Below are positions 38,729-48,865 of a DNA stretch of 64,000 bases, one piece after another. The translations under genes and the position numbers were made by a program. The stretch comes from a virus (lineage: Duplodnaviria > Caudoviricetes): the IMG/VR virus record IMGVR_UViG_3300010885_031309; one strand, 5' to 3'. Numbering within the stretch: the stretch's first letter is position 1; every line of letters starts with the position of its first letter. The notes beneath the pieces were generated by a model. The model did not search any database, had not been told where the DNA came from, and saw only the letters and a list, made by a program, of their open reading frames with translations.

Positions 38729-38977
38729 TTATATTTGAACTGGACCTAAATCTGAATGTTTCAACAGAAATGTAAGTGCTAATTTTTCGTTATATAGTGT
38801 AATGTGAAGTCTAGAGGGAGTGTTAACATAATTATGTTCTACGAATTTTTCTTCTGAGCGATAATAAGAAAAATCCCAATCAACGCCCTGTACAAAATTG
38901 TCAATTCGTAACTGTTCAACTAACTTTAAGCAGTCAGTGACTTCTACATTATAGATACAATAGGTAATCATAGCCAA
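38729..38977 (-). CDS. 'WC...F.LRW' family-related protein (copy 5)
   Basis: G.DWDFSY...LYNEKLALTFLLKH. Confidence 0.5.
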   Translation of the reverse strand: MAMITYCIYNVEVTDCLKLVEQLRIDNFVQGVDWDFSYYRSEEKFVEHNYVNTPSRLHITLYNEKLALTFLLKHSDLGPVQI

Positions 38978-39273
38978 TTAAAAGTAAATGCGGTAGCTGT
39001 TTCGTCATCAAGTAGATAGATACGCAGATTAAATTCGCTTACTTCCCAACACCATTTTTTATTGAAATAGTCTTTAGATGCATCATAAAAATCAAGTTCG
39101 CAACTTGGTCCCCATGTGTTCCAACACCACACTCTCCAATTACAAAAGATTTCATTTCTATCAGATACTTTCGGGCTATATACAAACGGAACAGAAACAA
39201 AAAACTTGAATTTACCGTATGCTTTATGTCTTTTGTCTAATGTTGTAAGTGCAAATTCTTTTTTCATGTCCAT
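38968..39273 (-). CDS. 'WC...F.LRW' family-related protein (copy 6)
   Basis: WCWNTWG...LDDETATAFTFNWL. Confidence 0.55.
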   Translation of the reverse strand: MDMKKEFALTTLDKRHKAYGKFKFFVSVPFVYSPKVSDRNEIFCNWRVWCWNTWGPSCELDFYDASKDYFNKKWCWEVSEFNLRIYLLDDETATAFTFNWL

Positions 39274-39476
39274 CTTAAACTAAACGCTGTAACATCGTGT
39301 TCATCATCAAATGAGAACTCATATGCATTGCCATACTGAAAGCAATCTGCCTGATAATTTGTTATAGACCAATTTCCACGACAATTATCTCTGCACCAAT
39401 TCATAATGTGTTTTAGTTGTCCAAACTCAACTGTAACATTAACTTGTGTGCTGATAGTGTTCAACATTAACGCCAC
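39264..39476 (-). CDS. 'WC...F.LRW' family small protein (copy 7)
   Basis: NWCRDNC...FDDEHDVTAFSLRWT. Confidence 0.6.
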   Translation of the reverse strand: MALMLNTISTQVNVTVEFGQLKHIMNWCRDNCRGNWSITNYQADCFQYGNAYEFSFDDEHDVTAFSLRWT

Positions 39477-39981
39477 TCTTTTCTAAGAATTCCACTCCAG
39501 CCGAGTCGCGATATGATGCACGATAAAACAACTTAGTTACACCACTCTGATATATCAATTTAGCACACTGTAAACATGGAGCATGAGTACAAAACATTGT
39601 TGATTCGGCACTACTCTCTGCACTTTTAGCAATTTTCATCAAGCAATTTGCCTCTGAATGTAGAACTTCTGGTTTAGTTTTGAGTCTATAGCGACCTTGC
39701 ATTTCGTTACCAGCGGCATCTAAGTATGTGCCCTCATGGGGCCAGCCCTCTTCTATTTCTTCAGAACTTAGCCAGCCACCACCACTGCACCACTCTACAT
39801 CTTCACAGTCATTGTCCCAACCGCTGGGCATACCATTCCAACCGTAACTGATAATGTTGTTGTTTTTGACTAGAATACTTCCAACTTTTAGTCTGTTAGC
39901 ATAACTCATCTGCGAAACTCGCAATGCAATATCCATATAAAAATCATTATATTTTTTATTTTTAGCTAAGATATCAGTCAT
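39439..39981 (-). CDS. dCMP deaminase
   Basis: MSYANRLKVG.ILVK..IIS.GWNG.PSG, LHSEAN, THAPCLQCAKLI.QSG. Confidence 0.9.
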   Translation of the reverse strand: MTDILAKNKKYNDFYMDIALRVSQMSYANRLKVGSILVKNNNIISYGWNGMPSGWDNDCEDVEWCSGGGWLSSEEIEEGWPHEGTYLDAAGNEMQGRYRLKTKPEVLHSEANCLMKIAKSAESSAESTMFCTHAPCLQCAKLIYQSGVTKLFYRASYRDSAGVEFLEKSGVNVEHYQHTS

Positions 39982-40204
39982 ACTAATTAGTTCTTTATGT
40001 AATTATCTTTAATCCAACGGTCAGAAATATTTGTGTCTTTGAAATAATACAATGTACCAAATAGATTGTATTTCTCGCAAAATGCTTGTCCAAATCTTTT
40101 ATCGGCCAATGCGTACATTACATATTCTCGTTTGAATAGTTCATATTCCTGTGTTGAAATGATGAAGTCTTCACGCGGCAACAACTGACTGTAGTGTGCA
40201 TTAA

Positions 40205-40600
40205 TCATGTTTCAACATCCTGATCGGCAATAACTACTTTTCCGTCAATAAAACAATAATATTGATTATCAATGATATTCTTAAACATAGCTACTAGCTT
40301 AGCATCTAGCCTACAAAATGCACCGGCTGCATCATCCAAGCTTGCACCCTGACACACAAAAGCATTGCTTTCCTTGTCAAAGAAATAATGCACATTATTA
40401 ATGTGCTCATGAACAAGCATGATTCCATCTCTGACGATATCCTCAGATGCGTTGTCTGTAGTCTCTGTTTGAGCAATCTTGTTGTTGACACTATTATAGA
40501 ACTGTTTAACATTATGCAACATAGAATAGTGAGCGTAGAAATATCCCCCAGCCCAACAAATTGCCATAATAACTGCCAGAATTAATGCATCGTAAATCAT
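40205..40600 (-). CDS. Membrane-anchored hypothetical protein
   Basis: N-terminal TM; FVCQGASLDD. Confidence 0.55.
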   Translation of the reverse strand: MIYDALILAVIMAICWAGGYFYAHYSMLHNVKQFYNSVNNKIAQTETTDNASEDIVRDGIMLVHEHINNVHYFFDKESNAFVCQGASLDDAAGAFCRLDAKLVAMFKNIIDNQYYCFIDGKVVIADQDVET

Positions 40601-40604
40601 AGTA

Positions 40605-40883
40605 TTACTTATTCAGAATAGATTGATCAATGTTACTCCAGCACTTGAGTTTTTCAAGTTTTGCTTGTTTTGCACACATCAAACTATCATATGACACTAT
40701 ATTCATGTCCTGTAATAATTCAATCATACATAGCAAGTCTCCAAATTCTTCTTCTAGGTGTTCGCGATTTGTTTTTGGTTTGCCTGGTTTATAAGCGTCC
40801 ATACCAAATCGTTGACATTTTGAAATTGCCTGAATAACTTCAGCACACTCTTCAGATAGTATCAATAGTAGTTCGTCTTGCAT
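40605..40883 (-). CDS. MazG-like NTP pyrophosphohydrolase
   Basis: ILSEECAEVIQAISK..RFG...LEEEFGDL. Confidence 0.8.
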   Translation of the reverse strand: MQDELLLILSEECAEVIQAISKCQRFGMDAYKPGKPKTNREHLEEEFGDLLCMIELLQDMNIVSYDSLMCAKQAKLEKLKCWSNIDQSILNK

Positions 40884-40894
40884 AGTTAGAAAAT

Positions 40895-40922
40895 AAAAAA
40901 GGCAAAGCGTTGCCTTGCCTTT
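40895..40922 (-). terminator. Rho-independent terminator
   Basis: aaggcaag...ctttgcc hairpin followed by TTTTTTATTTT on -. Confidence 0.65.
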
Positions 40923-40940
40923 GTGTTACACGATTACCTA

Positions 40941-41207
40941 TCAAGCTTGCTCTGAAGCTAGAGCACGATAGCCTGCTGCAACAACCTCACGACTTGGAGT
41001 GCCAAGCCGATACTTGAAGCTGCGACGACCCTCACTGTTGGTATATGGATTAGCATAGATTGCAAATCCACCACGCAAACGAAGATCACTGATGGTAGCA
41101 GTTGGGTTTCCAATACCAAAACGGGTTGCAATTTGCTTGGCAGTTAGTTGTTCTCCGCTCTTCAAAGTTTCTAGTAGACGAGATTGCTTAGTTAGTGTTT
41201 TGTTCAT
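40941..41207 (-). CDS. Winged helix-turn-helix protein
   Basis: LL..LKSGE.LTAKQIA.RFGI.NP.ATISDLR. Confidence 0.65.
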   Translation of the reverse strand: MNKTLTKQSRLLETLKSGEQLTAKQIATRFGIGNPTATISDLRLRGGFAIYANPYTNSEGRRSFKYRLGTPSREVVAAGYRALASEQA

Positions 41208-41289
41208 GTTTTTTCCTTCTAATTGTTCGTTGTTTTCTCAACGTAGAACGATTATTGCACGACGCGCATGTCATGTCAATATAGAACGG

Positions 41290-42147
41290 TCAAATCTCTA
41301 CCGAAATCAGCAGATACGGTTCTTCCTGTTGTGTTCCACGATCAACGCCTACATATCCACGTGGATTAGAAATCACCCGAGTATCTCCAATTTCATAATT
41401 TACTGAATCATGCATGTGTCCATGTAACCAGTACTTAATCTGCGGCCGATCCAAAATGAATTCGCTCAAGTCACTATAGTATGCACCATTCATTAGTGTT
41501 TCATGCTTGAAACGTTCATTGACACTTAAGTGTGATGGCGCCATGTGACTAACTACTACAATCTTGTGATCCTTGCGTTCATCAATAACAGTTTTGAAGT
41601 AGTCTAGTGTATCACGATGTCGTCTTAGCACATGAACAGGGCGAATTTTAGCGTAGTTCATACCATCGTGTCTGATCATGCGATAATCATTCATCATGTC
41701 GCGGATGGCATGAATAGTCATTGGATCACCTTTATTGAAATCGGTCCATAGTGTTCCGCCAACAAAAGTAACTTCGTCAATAGTAACAAGATCTCGCTCT
41801 AGAAAGTGTACGTTAGTACACTTGCCGTACTCATTTCGCAGCGTTTGAATGCTCGCTATCCACTTGCCGTGATAAAATTCATGGTTTCCCGCGATCACAA
41901 CAACATGCTTAAACTGAAAGCTAACACGCTTGATGAAGTCACGATACTCCATAGCTTTGCGCTGTCTAGATCCAAGTATTTTGATGATTTCTGGCTTGTA
42001 CGGTGTAGCTGGTTCCGGATGATCGTGTAGATCAGCAGCAACCATGATATCGCCAGCCAACACCAATACATCTGCATCAACTGTATTTTGCAGATTTAGA
42101 TCACCGAATTCCAGATGTAAATCACTGGCGATTGCAATTTTGAGCAT
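41290..42147 (-). CDS. Calcineurin-like metallophosphoesterase
   Basis: SDLHLE, AGDI, GNHE, SHMAP, HGHMH, NPRGY. Confidence 0.9.
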   Translation of the reverse strand: MLKIAIASDLHLEFGDLNLQNTVDADVLVLAGDIMVAADLHDHPEPATPYKPEIIKILGSRQRKAMEYRDFIKRVSFQFKHVVVIAGNHEFYHGKWIASIQTLRNEYGKCTNVHFLERDLVTIDEVTFVGGTLWTDFNKGDPMTIHAIRDMMNDYRMIRHDGMNYAKIRPVHVLRRHRDTLDYFKTVIDERKDHKIVVVSHMAPSHLSVNERFKHETLMNGAYYSDLSEFILDRPQIKYWLHGHMHDSVNYEIGDTRVISNPRGYVGVDRGTQQEEPYLLISVEI

Positions 42148-42158
42148 GAATATATTTA

Positions 42159-42524
42159 TTAATTCACTGATTCAGTGTGCTTACACTTTCGCCTAAAGGC
42201 AAATCCGGGACATGTGCAAGTAATTCTACCAGCAATCTTACTTACAAAATACTTCTTTCCGCCGCTGCCAGTAATCTCAATTACTTCACCCACTGGCTTG
42301 TCTTCTGTCTTGGGAAAGTAAACACTATCACTTTCACCTCGCTCTGACAGCACAACAAACTTGCGACCCTTGGCATCAAAATTCATTGGCTTACTGAACT
42401 TGACTAACTTTTTTGTTCCAGATTTTATATAACCTACCATCTTACGCTTGTCATCAGTAAGATAATAGATATGATTTTGAACACTACCGGTGTTCCACTC
42501 AGTAACTTCTTGAAAGTATTTCAT
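42159..42524 (-). CDS. SWIM zinc-finger protein
   Basis: CTCPGFAFRRKCKH. Confidence 0.7.
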   Translation of the reverse strand: MKYFQEVTEWNTGSVQNHIYYLTDDKRKMVGYIKSGTKKLVKFSKPMNFDAKGRKFVVLSERGESDSVYFPKTEDKPVGEVIEITGSGGKKYFVSKIAGRITCTCPGFAFRRKCKHTESVN

Positions 42525-42745
42525 TGCTCAGCCAAACTCAGCATAAATCTCAGCAGCATCGGCCTGCTGAAGATCGCGAATTGCCATTACCGCATCGTAT
42601 TCAGTGTCAGTCTCACAGACGATTTCCCAGTAACGATTTCCTTTTCCATCATCGGTAATGAGCTCCAGAACCATATAAGTCTGTTCGTCACTGTCAAACC
42701 GAATCTCGTACTTGGACATATCTATCTCCTATCTAACTTGAATGC

Positions 42746-42774
42746 AGTATATCACCGAACCAATTTATTGTCAA
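42746..42774 (-). promoter_or_regulatory. sigma70-type early promoter
   Basis: TTGACA-ATAAAT...-TATACT. Confidence 0.85.
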
Positions 42775-43004
42775 GCGAGTACCACAATACGTGGAAATTC
42801 TGGATTGTCCATAAATGAATTACCCTGCACTGGGGCCGTAAAAAAATCAGTTTTAAATTTCCGATCTTCTACGCCTTGCCATACACGCTTGATGAATCGT
42901 GCACGAAAAGCACCGTCCCACTGAATGGCTACAACCTTACCAACCATGTAGCAGTCATCAATGCCATTGAAATCCAAGGACTTGACGATATCACCAACAC
43001 GCAT
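42771..43004 (-). CDS. Hypothetical protein
   Basis: GGAG RBS; stop inside the -35 box. Confidence 0.55.
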   Translation of the reverse strand: MRVGDIVKSLDFNGIDDCYMVGKVVAIQWDGAFRARFIKRVWQGVEDRKFKTDFFTAPVQGNSFMDNPEFPRIVVLA

Positions 43005-43135
43005 TTTTTGCTCCGTTGTCTAACTCAATGAATACTTTTACTTCCTTGGTCCTGGCAATACAGCAATCAAAAAACTCACAACAATGTAAGCCAGAGCACC
43101 AAGCAAAAACATAACAGTCATCATTTTATTTTCTA

Positions 43136-43408
43136 TCACAGTACATCAAATTGTACGTAGAATTCTTGGTTGTCTACAGTAATCAAATGAGAAATCCCAT
43201 TAGGAACGCCGCTCCAACCATGCTTGACGCGCCCCATTTGACGCTCACCAGCCAGCTTCTCAGCAGTGAGCCACACTGCAACACGGTGCTTGGTAGTGGC
43301 GAACCGATCAGAAATCTCGCCTACAGTCATGTAGAGGCCCAATCCGTCAATCATAACGCGAATCTTTTGGCTATTCTTGAAACCGTTGATCAGAGTCTTG
43401 GTACGCAT
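43136..43408 (-). CDS. Hypothetical protein
   Basis: GAGG RBS after an early promoter. Confidence 0.55.
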   Translation of the reverse strand: MRTKTLINGFKNSQKIRVMIDGLGLYMTVGEISDRFATTKHRVAVWLTAEKLAGERQMGRVKHGWSGVPNGISHLITVDNQEFYVQFDVL

Positions 43409-43436
43409 AACTAACCTCGTTTTCTAACTTGAATAC

Positions 43437-43465
43437 AGTATATCAGAATTGGGATTTATTGTCAA
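43437..43465 (-). promoter_or_regulatory. sigma70-type early promoter
   Basis: TTGACA-ATAAAT...-TATACT-GTATTCAAGTTAGA. Confidence 0.85.
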
Positions 43466-43704
43466 ATTATCTTGCAAGAATTTTTACGGTCTCTACATGA
43501 AGAGTGTTCATTTCTTCAGTTGACATATAGAAGTCAGTCAGTGGGTTCCAATACTCACCTTCCTTGGGATCGTAGTAAAGAACTTGACCAGTCACATAGA
43601 AGAAAGGACCTTCCAATCCTACACGAGGTTGCCACTTTGCATCGCGATTAGTCAGAATCTTGTATCCCACGAAAATCTCCGATCTGTCAGTGTCAATACT
43701 TAGT

Positions 43705-43733
43705 ATTGTATTGAAAAATTGATTTATTGTCAA
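43705..43733 (-). promoter_or_regulatory. sigma70-type early promoter
   Basis: TTGACA-ATAAAT...-TACAAT. Confidence 0.8.
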
Positions 43734-44485
43734 ATAATTTGTTTATCTTCTGACAGATCGGGAATATCAAAAATCCACTGTTCAAGCATGTATTCGTTAT
43801 AGTAATCAAATGGCATATAGAAATAACCACTATCGCCCCAGTTTTTCCCAAAACTGTTCTCAACGATAAACACTTTTTTGGAAATGTCGTATCCAACTAA
43901 TAACACCGCGTGACCATCTGTTGATCCGCCATCTTCGGTTATTATTGAACGCTCTTCGGTCAAATCGTAAAATGATTCAAAAACTTCAATGCCAGAAACA
44001 ACAGGGTAATAATTATTTATGGCATCTATTGCGTCCGCGATACTGATCAATCGTTCATATTTAGTAATTTGTCTATGTTTTGCCTCAGCGTATGCTTCAT
44101 CGCTTGGTTTAGCAAACAAATTGTTTAATGTATATGACCAAATAGATTCTTTACACACTCCGTATGTTTTTAAGCCACGCAGACCACTTTTGATGCTAGC
44201 CCCACTGTCCCAAGTTACAGTGTCTTCGTATATTCGTGCGTTGTAATATACAAACATTCTACTAAGTTCGGTATAGTGTTCTGGATATAAACGTTGAGTC
44301 ATTAATTCATACGCACTAACCAACGCATTTCCGGTACAACTGCCAACTTGTTGTTGATTCTCAATCAACATTCCCCATTGACGTAAATCAATCGCATCGG
44401 TTGATTGTTTTCCGGAATTAGAATATATGTAATTGTTAATATCCGGATCGCTGCTCTTGTATCTTAGAGTTTTTAAAATATTCAT
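43730..44485 (-). CDS. Papain-like C1A cysteine protease
   Basis: ENQQQVGSCTGNA (Gln, Cys), GHAVLLVGYD (His), ENSFGKNWGDSGY (Asn). Confidence 0.9.
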   Translation of the reverse strand: MNILKTLRYKSSDPDINNYIYSNSGKQSTDAIDLRQWGMLIENQQQVGSCTGNALVSAYELMTQRLYPEHYTELSRMFVYYNARIYEDTVTWDSGASIKSGLRGLKTYGVCKESIWSYTLNNLFAKPSDEAYAEAKHRQITKYERLISIADAIDAINNYYPVVSGIEVFESFYDLTEERSIITEDGGSTDGHAVLLVGYDISKKVFIVENSFGKNWGDSGYFYMPFDYYNEYMLEQWIFDIPDLSEDKQII

Positions 44486-44549
44486 CAGTCACCCGCTCTG
44501 TATAATGCTTGAATGTGAAAAATATGACATGTTGTTTTCTTATGATTTG

Positions 44550-45179
44550 TTATTTTTTCTTAAACGAATCTAGAATATCAGTTATTATTCTCGTTGACGT
44601 TGGAGTTCTGTTCTCTATCTCATTGGCAACTTTTAGACGAGTGTATGCTAACAAATTATCAGGCAGATTGAAGTTTTTCATGCCAGGAATTTTTTGACTA
44701 TCATTTTCAAATGCTTCAATTTGAGATACATTTGATTTAACTTCATCTGGTTTATTCTCTACTGTTTCTGTTTTATTTTCTGTTGGTGGAAGTTCTTTAA
44801 CTTCTTCTTTAACTTCTTCTTTAACTTCTTCTTTAACTTCTGTAACTGGCTCGGAAACTGTATTCGCAGAGATGTCTTCAGTATTTTTAAGTTCTTCTTT
44901 CGGCTCTTCTATGATAGATTTAATCATTGGTTTTAATTTTTCTTCTTTTGATATTTGAGTATCAACGAATTCCATTAGACTACGAGCCTTTTCCAAAATT
45001 AGCGTTTCTGTTGGGAATGGAGGGAATGAAGGATGTTCTAACTTTGTTCTACTAATCATCCATGCCTTCTCGCTTTCAATTATCCACCGATTATGATCTT
45101 GCGCTTTCTTATCGTGATACTCAAGCATCAAGAGTTCTTTTGCTATTTCTAGCATCTTAACATTAATATCTTTACTCAT
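44550..45179 (-). CDS. Hypothetical protein with EVKE repeats
   Basis: LEIAKELL...PPFPTE..ILEKA..L..FV; VKEE x3. Confidence 0.6.
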   Translation of the reverse strand: MSKDINVKMLEIAKELLMLEYHDKKAQDHNRWIIESEKAWMISRTKLEHPSFPPFPTETLILEKARSLMEFVDTQISKEEKLKPMIKSIIEEPKEELKNTEDISANTVSEPVTEVKEEVKEEVKEEVKELPPTENKTETVENKPDEVKSNVSQIEAFENDSQKIPGMKNFNLPDNLLAYTRLKVANEIENRTPTSTRIITDILDSFKKK

Positions 45180-45424
45180 GGGTATCTACGTCTTTCTGCT
45201 CTTAATTGATTTACGATAGAGTTTTGTTGAACATCATACATATAACCGAAATTGCTTATATTTTGGCTTACATTTGATAATTGACTATCATATATGTAGT
45301 TATTGTATGGATATGGATTATAGTATGGACGATAGTATGGATATGGATTATAGTATGGACGATAATAATTATCATATCTACGTCTAAACATAACATCAGT
45401 ATAGTAGTCGCCTAATCTTTTCAT
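45176..45424 (-). CDS. Small Tyr/Pro/Asn-rich protein
   Basis: YYRPYYNPYP x2 encoded by a perfect 2x30-bp tandem repeat at 45305-45364. Confidence 0.5.
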   Translation of the reverse strand: MKRLGDYYTDVMFRRRYDNYYRPYYNPYPYYRPYYNPYPYNNYIYDSQLSNVSQNISNFGYMYDVQQNSIVNQLRAERRRYP

Positions 45425-45434
45425 AATAATTCTC

Positions 45435-46043
45435 CTAGATAATGTGACATGAGCTGTCGCGATAAAGTGGCGAGACACTTTCGCATGACGCACTCATTGC
45501 GTATTCCTTGTGAAATACGAATGTAATATTACGATTGCTTGATGAGTTCTCTTCTTTTACCACAAGAGCTTTACAATCTTTAATATTTCTGGGAAGTGTA
45601 ATAGTAACCGATCCATCACTAGTAACGCCAATATAATAATCATCCATCGTAGCAGTGCGGTCTTGTGATACCAGAATTGTCTTGCTCCTCCAATTACACT
45701 TTCCAGTCGGGCCAGTAAATTCTGAAGACTCTGATTTTCCACGAGTGCCAGATTTTCCAGATGAGTCACTCTCTTCACTATATCCGTGTGAATTATCATT
45801 TCCAGATGTAGTAGCCGGTCCTCCATGTCTCTGTGAACTTGTTGATCCGGTCGGTTCGGTAGGTTCAGTGAGTCCTGAGAGAGATTTGTATCCATTATTA
45901 TCTCCTTGATTTATTATAACGATGTCGTTTTCGAGATCATCGTTAATGCGATTGTCGGCGAAGTTAATACTGGTGTCAGCTTGAACTACGTCTAAACTTG
46001 AAGTAGTTGCTATGAGAAATAAGTATGTCATAGTATATTCCAA
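45435..46043 (-). CDS. Degenerate collagen-like / beta-domain fiber protein (possibly decaying)
   Basis: Eroded G-X-Y tract; DYYIGV...ITLP domain lacks the terminal IDG...W segment. Confidence 0.45.
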   Translation of the reverse strand: MEYTMTYLFLIATTSSLDVVQADTSINFADNRINDDLENDIVIINQGDNNGYKSLSGLTEPTEPTGSTSSQRHGGPATTSGNDNSHGYSEESDSSGKSGTRGKSESSEFTGPTGKCNWRSKTILVSQDRTATMDDYYIGVTSDGSVTITLPRNIKDCKALVVKEENSSSNRNITFVFHKEYAMSASCESVSPLYRDSSCHII

Positions 46044-46507
46044 CGTGTTCCATCAAACACCACAATCATACCAGACTCGCTACCTAAAGTTTTGAAAGCA
46101 GCACTGTCAAGAGTTTGCCCGCCCGATCCTTGAACTTTAATATTTCCATTTGATTGATTTTTTACATAATAAACTCTACCACGAATACCTTTAGGTAGAG
46201 TAATGGTTATGTTACCAGTAGTAGCACCTACATAATAATCATCATCGGTAATTGTGTAATTTGTACTAGTTAATTTAACGTTGACCTTTTCACAGCAATC
46301 ATCGTCTCCGCCGGTAGCACTTAATACACCACTTGAAGTAATAGACAACCCATTACCAATCTGAACAACGCCCAAGCCAGTGGTAGTTGCTATAACAGCA
46401 TCCAATGTGACAGGAACAATACCTGCCGGCTGAATTACACCTGATGGGGGATTTTGTTTTAACGCAGTCCCCGCCAAGACAGTTTGCGGTTGTCTATTGT
46501 AAGCCAT
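46028..46507 (-). CDS. Short fiber-like protein with C-terminal 'ITLP...W' beta domain
   Basis: IATTTGLGVVQIGNGLSIT; DYYVG..ITITLP..YYVKN..FDGTRWNIL. Confidence 0.65.
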   Translation of the reverse strand: MAYNRQPQTVLAGTALKQNPPSGVIQPAGIVPVTLDAVIATTTGLGVVQIGNGLSITSSGVLSATGGDDDCCEKVNVKLTSTNYTITDDDYYVGATTGNITITLPKGIRGRVYYVKNQSNGNIKVQGSGGQTLDSAAFKTLGSESGMIVVFDGTRWNIL

Positions 46508-46508
46508 A

Positions 46509-46910
46509 TTATAAAATCAACCACTGTGTGCCGTTATACACAAGTGTCAATGATCCGTATGGTGCGTTGATAACAGCAGTTGGTGACCCGTCGATTGTAC
46601 CAGCAGTTGGTGTAATAGTAATAGGAGTTGCCGGAGCAGCCAATCCTAAACCATCTTTGATTGTGAACTCTTGGCCCAGTACACCAGCTGGTAATGTTAC
46701 TGCGACAGCAACTGGTCCGGGAACTGCTACGTCAATTATATTATCAGTTGCGGCTACTACTGTAATAGGAGTTGCCACTGCGGTTCTAATATCTACGATT
46801 GTAGCGCCACTTGAACTGATGGTAATAGTAGTAGCACCTGTAGCGGTTGTTGGTGTTACTGTGATGCCTGCTCCCGCGGCGATTGATAACGAGTTATTTG
46901 TATATGACAT
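46509..46910 (-). CDS. Short fiber-like protein with 'ITLP...W' beta domain
   Basis: VTLPAG..FTIKDG..TIDG..SLTLVYNGTQWLIL; AGGAG RBS. Confidence 0.65.
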   Translation of the reverse strand: MSYTNNSLSIAAGAGITVTPTTATGATTITISSSGATIVDIRTAVATPITVVAATDNIIDVAVPGPVAVAVTLPAGVLGQEFTIKDGLGLAAPATPITITPTAGTIDGSPTAVINAPYGSLTLVYNGTQWLIL

Positions 46911-46929
46911 TTAGTTTCTCCTTTTATGT

Positions 46930-47496
46930 TTATACTTGTAATAGTGTCACTCTGACACTGGGGCTTGCAGGCCGTATCGGGTCTACTTGTGTCGGCACTG
47001 CCAGTAAAATAGCATTGGCACTAGTGCTGTGCCAGGCTAATTCTAAATATTGTTCTGCCGTGATTGTCAACGTGTAGTTGGCTGCGATGATCTGTGCGGC
47101 ATTATTATTACTGATAGTAAAATTACTATTACTATCAGCAATGTCAACACCATTTAATCTTAACCATACATCGACATTAGCAGCAGTTCCGCCTGCTGTT
47201 TTAGCAAACTGCATAGTGTAGGATAATGTATAGTTTCCTGTTTTACTTACTGTAAATTGTGTTCCCGCGACTAGTGTAACACCTTGACTTAATGTAGTGT
47301 TGGTACAACTAACAATGTTAGTGACTAATAAATTTGTCTGCGTTAATGTACTGTAAAAGTATCCAACATCTAATGCGGCTGCGAGATCAACGCTAACTAT
47401 GCCATTTGAGACATTCAGTCCAGTGTCGGCTCGCATAATGCCCCAGTTGGAACTGGTTGCGAATGACTCCTTGTAAGTCATCACGCTATACTCCAA
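46930..47496 (-). CDS. BclA C-terminal/TNF-like jelly-roll domain protein
   Basis: [39 protein letters not shown]. Confidence 0.55.
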   Translation of the reverse strand: MEYSVMTYKESFATSSNWGIMRADTGLNVSNGIVSVDLAAALDVGYFYSTLTQTNLLVTNIVSCTNTTLSQGVTLVAGTQFTVSKTGNYTLSYTMQFAKTAGGTAANVDVWLRLNGVDIADSNSNFTISNNNAAQIIAANYTLTITAEQYLELAWHSTSANAILLAVPTQVDPIRPASPSVRVTLLQV

Positions 47497-48020
47497 TTAG
47501 TTCCGTTGAATACTAATTGTAAGCTACCAAAATTAGTGTTAATCGTAGCTGTGCCTCCATCAACTAGTTGTCCACCTGTACCTTGTACAGTAATTGGATT
47601 ATTTGCCGCATCGCCAAAACAATCTTTAACTATGTAAACTGTGCCTAATATTCCAGTTGGTAGAGTAATTGTAACTGGAGCATTGGTCAACACACATAAA
47701 AAATAATCAGTGCTTAGTGCTGTATACGTTGCGGTGGCAACATCAGTTACTGTTACTGGGCTAGGATTACCACTTGGTCCCGGTGGTCCTGGTGGACCTT
47801 CCGATCCAATTTCTCCTTGTGGGCCTGGAGGGCCTGGAGGGCCTGGAGGGCATTCGCAATTTTGTTCTTGTATTACTTGTCTGACGTTAATAATATCATC
47901 ACCTCCAGTTTGAAACTGTTCGGCATAATTTATCGCCTGTACGGCATAAGAAACTTCACTGGTCCTTAATTGTTCCATTAAAGTTCTTAGTTCTATTAAT
48001 CGTCTCTCTAATGAATCCAT
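47481..48020 (-). CDS. Collagen-like protein with 'ITLP...W' beta domain
   Basis: [30 protein letters not shown]; [22 protein letters not shown]. Confidence 0.75.
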   Translation of the reverse strand: MDSLERRLIELRTLMEQLRTSEVSYAVQAINYAEQFQTGGDDIINVRQVIQEQNCECPPGPPGPPGPQGEIGSEGPPGPPGPSGNPSPVTVTDVATATYTALSTDYFLCVLTNAPVTITLPTGILGTVYIVKDCFGDAANNPITVQGTGGQLVDGGTATINTNFGSLQLVFNGTNWSIA

Positions 48021-48035
48021 TTACAATCTCCAAGC

Positions 48036-48060
48036 AAAAAAGGCGGGCAATTGCCCGCCT
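48036..48060 (-). terminator. Rho-independent terminator
   Basis: AGGCGGGC-AATT-GCCCGCCT followed by a T-run. Confidence 0.8.
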
Positions 48061-48071
48061 TGAAGCTCACT

Positions 48072-48761
48072 TTAGCGAACGTTGTTTGATGTTGAAGTTT
48101 GTCCAACACCAGCCATTGTGCCAAAGTTTACCATTCCTTGACGAGTCTCTTGTAGTTGACTCTGAAATGCCTGTAGCTGACTGTTTAGAGCCTGCCACTG
48201 ACCTTGGTCATAACGACCGCGCCAATGACGACCGTCATCAAGAGCGGCAACCAATTCAGTATTACGCTCAATCAGATTACGATTCAACCCATCATCGTTG
48301 AGTTTATTGATCAACTCGCGAGTTTTTTCTGCTTGTCCGTCAATCTTATCGCTTAGATAAGTTGACTGTCTAGCCAAATCTACTTGCGTCTTGAGTGCGT
48401 TGATCTCAGCGTCCTTAGATGCGCCCATAAATCCGGCGACCATTGCCTGCTGCGCAGCGATGACTTGAGCACGGATGTCTTGCGTGTCGCGAGCAACGTC
48501 AAAGAACCGAGAGTCTAGACGATCTGCGTTGCGATCTACGTCTGCTGAGATTCTTGATGTAGATTCACTAACACGACTGTTGATATCAAAGCGTGCGTCT
48601 TTGATAGCGCCCTGAGTGCTGTAATCGCCCTTTAGGCCTTCTTTAACGATTTCATTTGTGTGCTCGGCTCCTTCACGACGAATGTCGCTTAGACTTGCGG
48701 TGGTTTGTTCTGGGTAGTTGTTTACATAGCCAGTAACTGTACCTGATACGATATCTGCCAT
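48072..48761 (-). CDS. Alpha-helical coiled-coil protein, probably highly expressed
   Basis: AGGAG RBS, own terminator, higher GC; KIDGQAEKTRELI...L...N..L..QLQ...Q pattern. Confidence 0.7.
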   Translation of the reverse strand: MADIVSGTVTGYVNNYPEQTTASLSDIRREGAEHTNEIVKEGLKGDYSTQGAIKDARFDINSRVSESTSRISADVDRNADRLDSRFFDVARDTQDIRAQVIAAQQAMVAGFMGASKDAEINALKTQVDLARQSTYLSDKIDGQAEKTRELINKLNDDGLNRNLIERNTELVAALDDGRHWRGRYDQGQWQALNSQLQAFQSQLQETRQGMVNFGTMAGVGQTSTSNNVR

Positions 48762-48865
48762 TTTTATTTTCTCCTAAAAAATATGAGAGATTTTTATGTC
48801 TCTCATATCTACTTACTTGGAGAAAAAAGCAGGTAAGCACTACTATAGTATATTATGTACCAAAT

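Noticed and set aside
46028-48020. Eukaryotic contamination suggested by collagen repeats
   Set aside because: Bacterial-type AGGAG RBSs, intrinsic terminators, no spliceosomal introns, and continuous phage context.
45557-48301. Overlapping ORFs 45557-45895, 45655-45909, 46444-46914, 47710-47913, 48011-48301
   Set aside because: Shadow frames of real genes (the GC-rich collagen/Thr-rich antisense strand lacks stops); no RBS or motifs.
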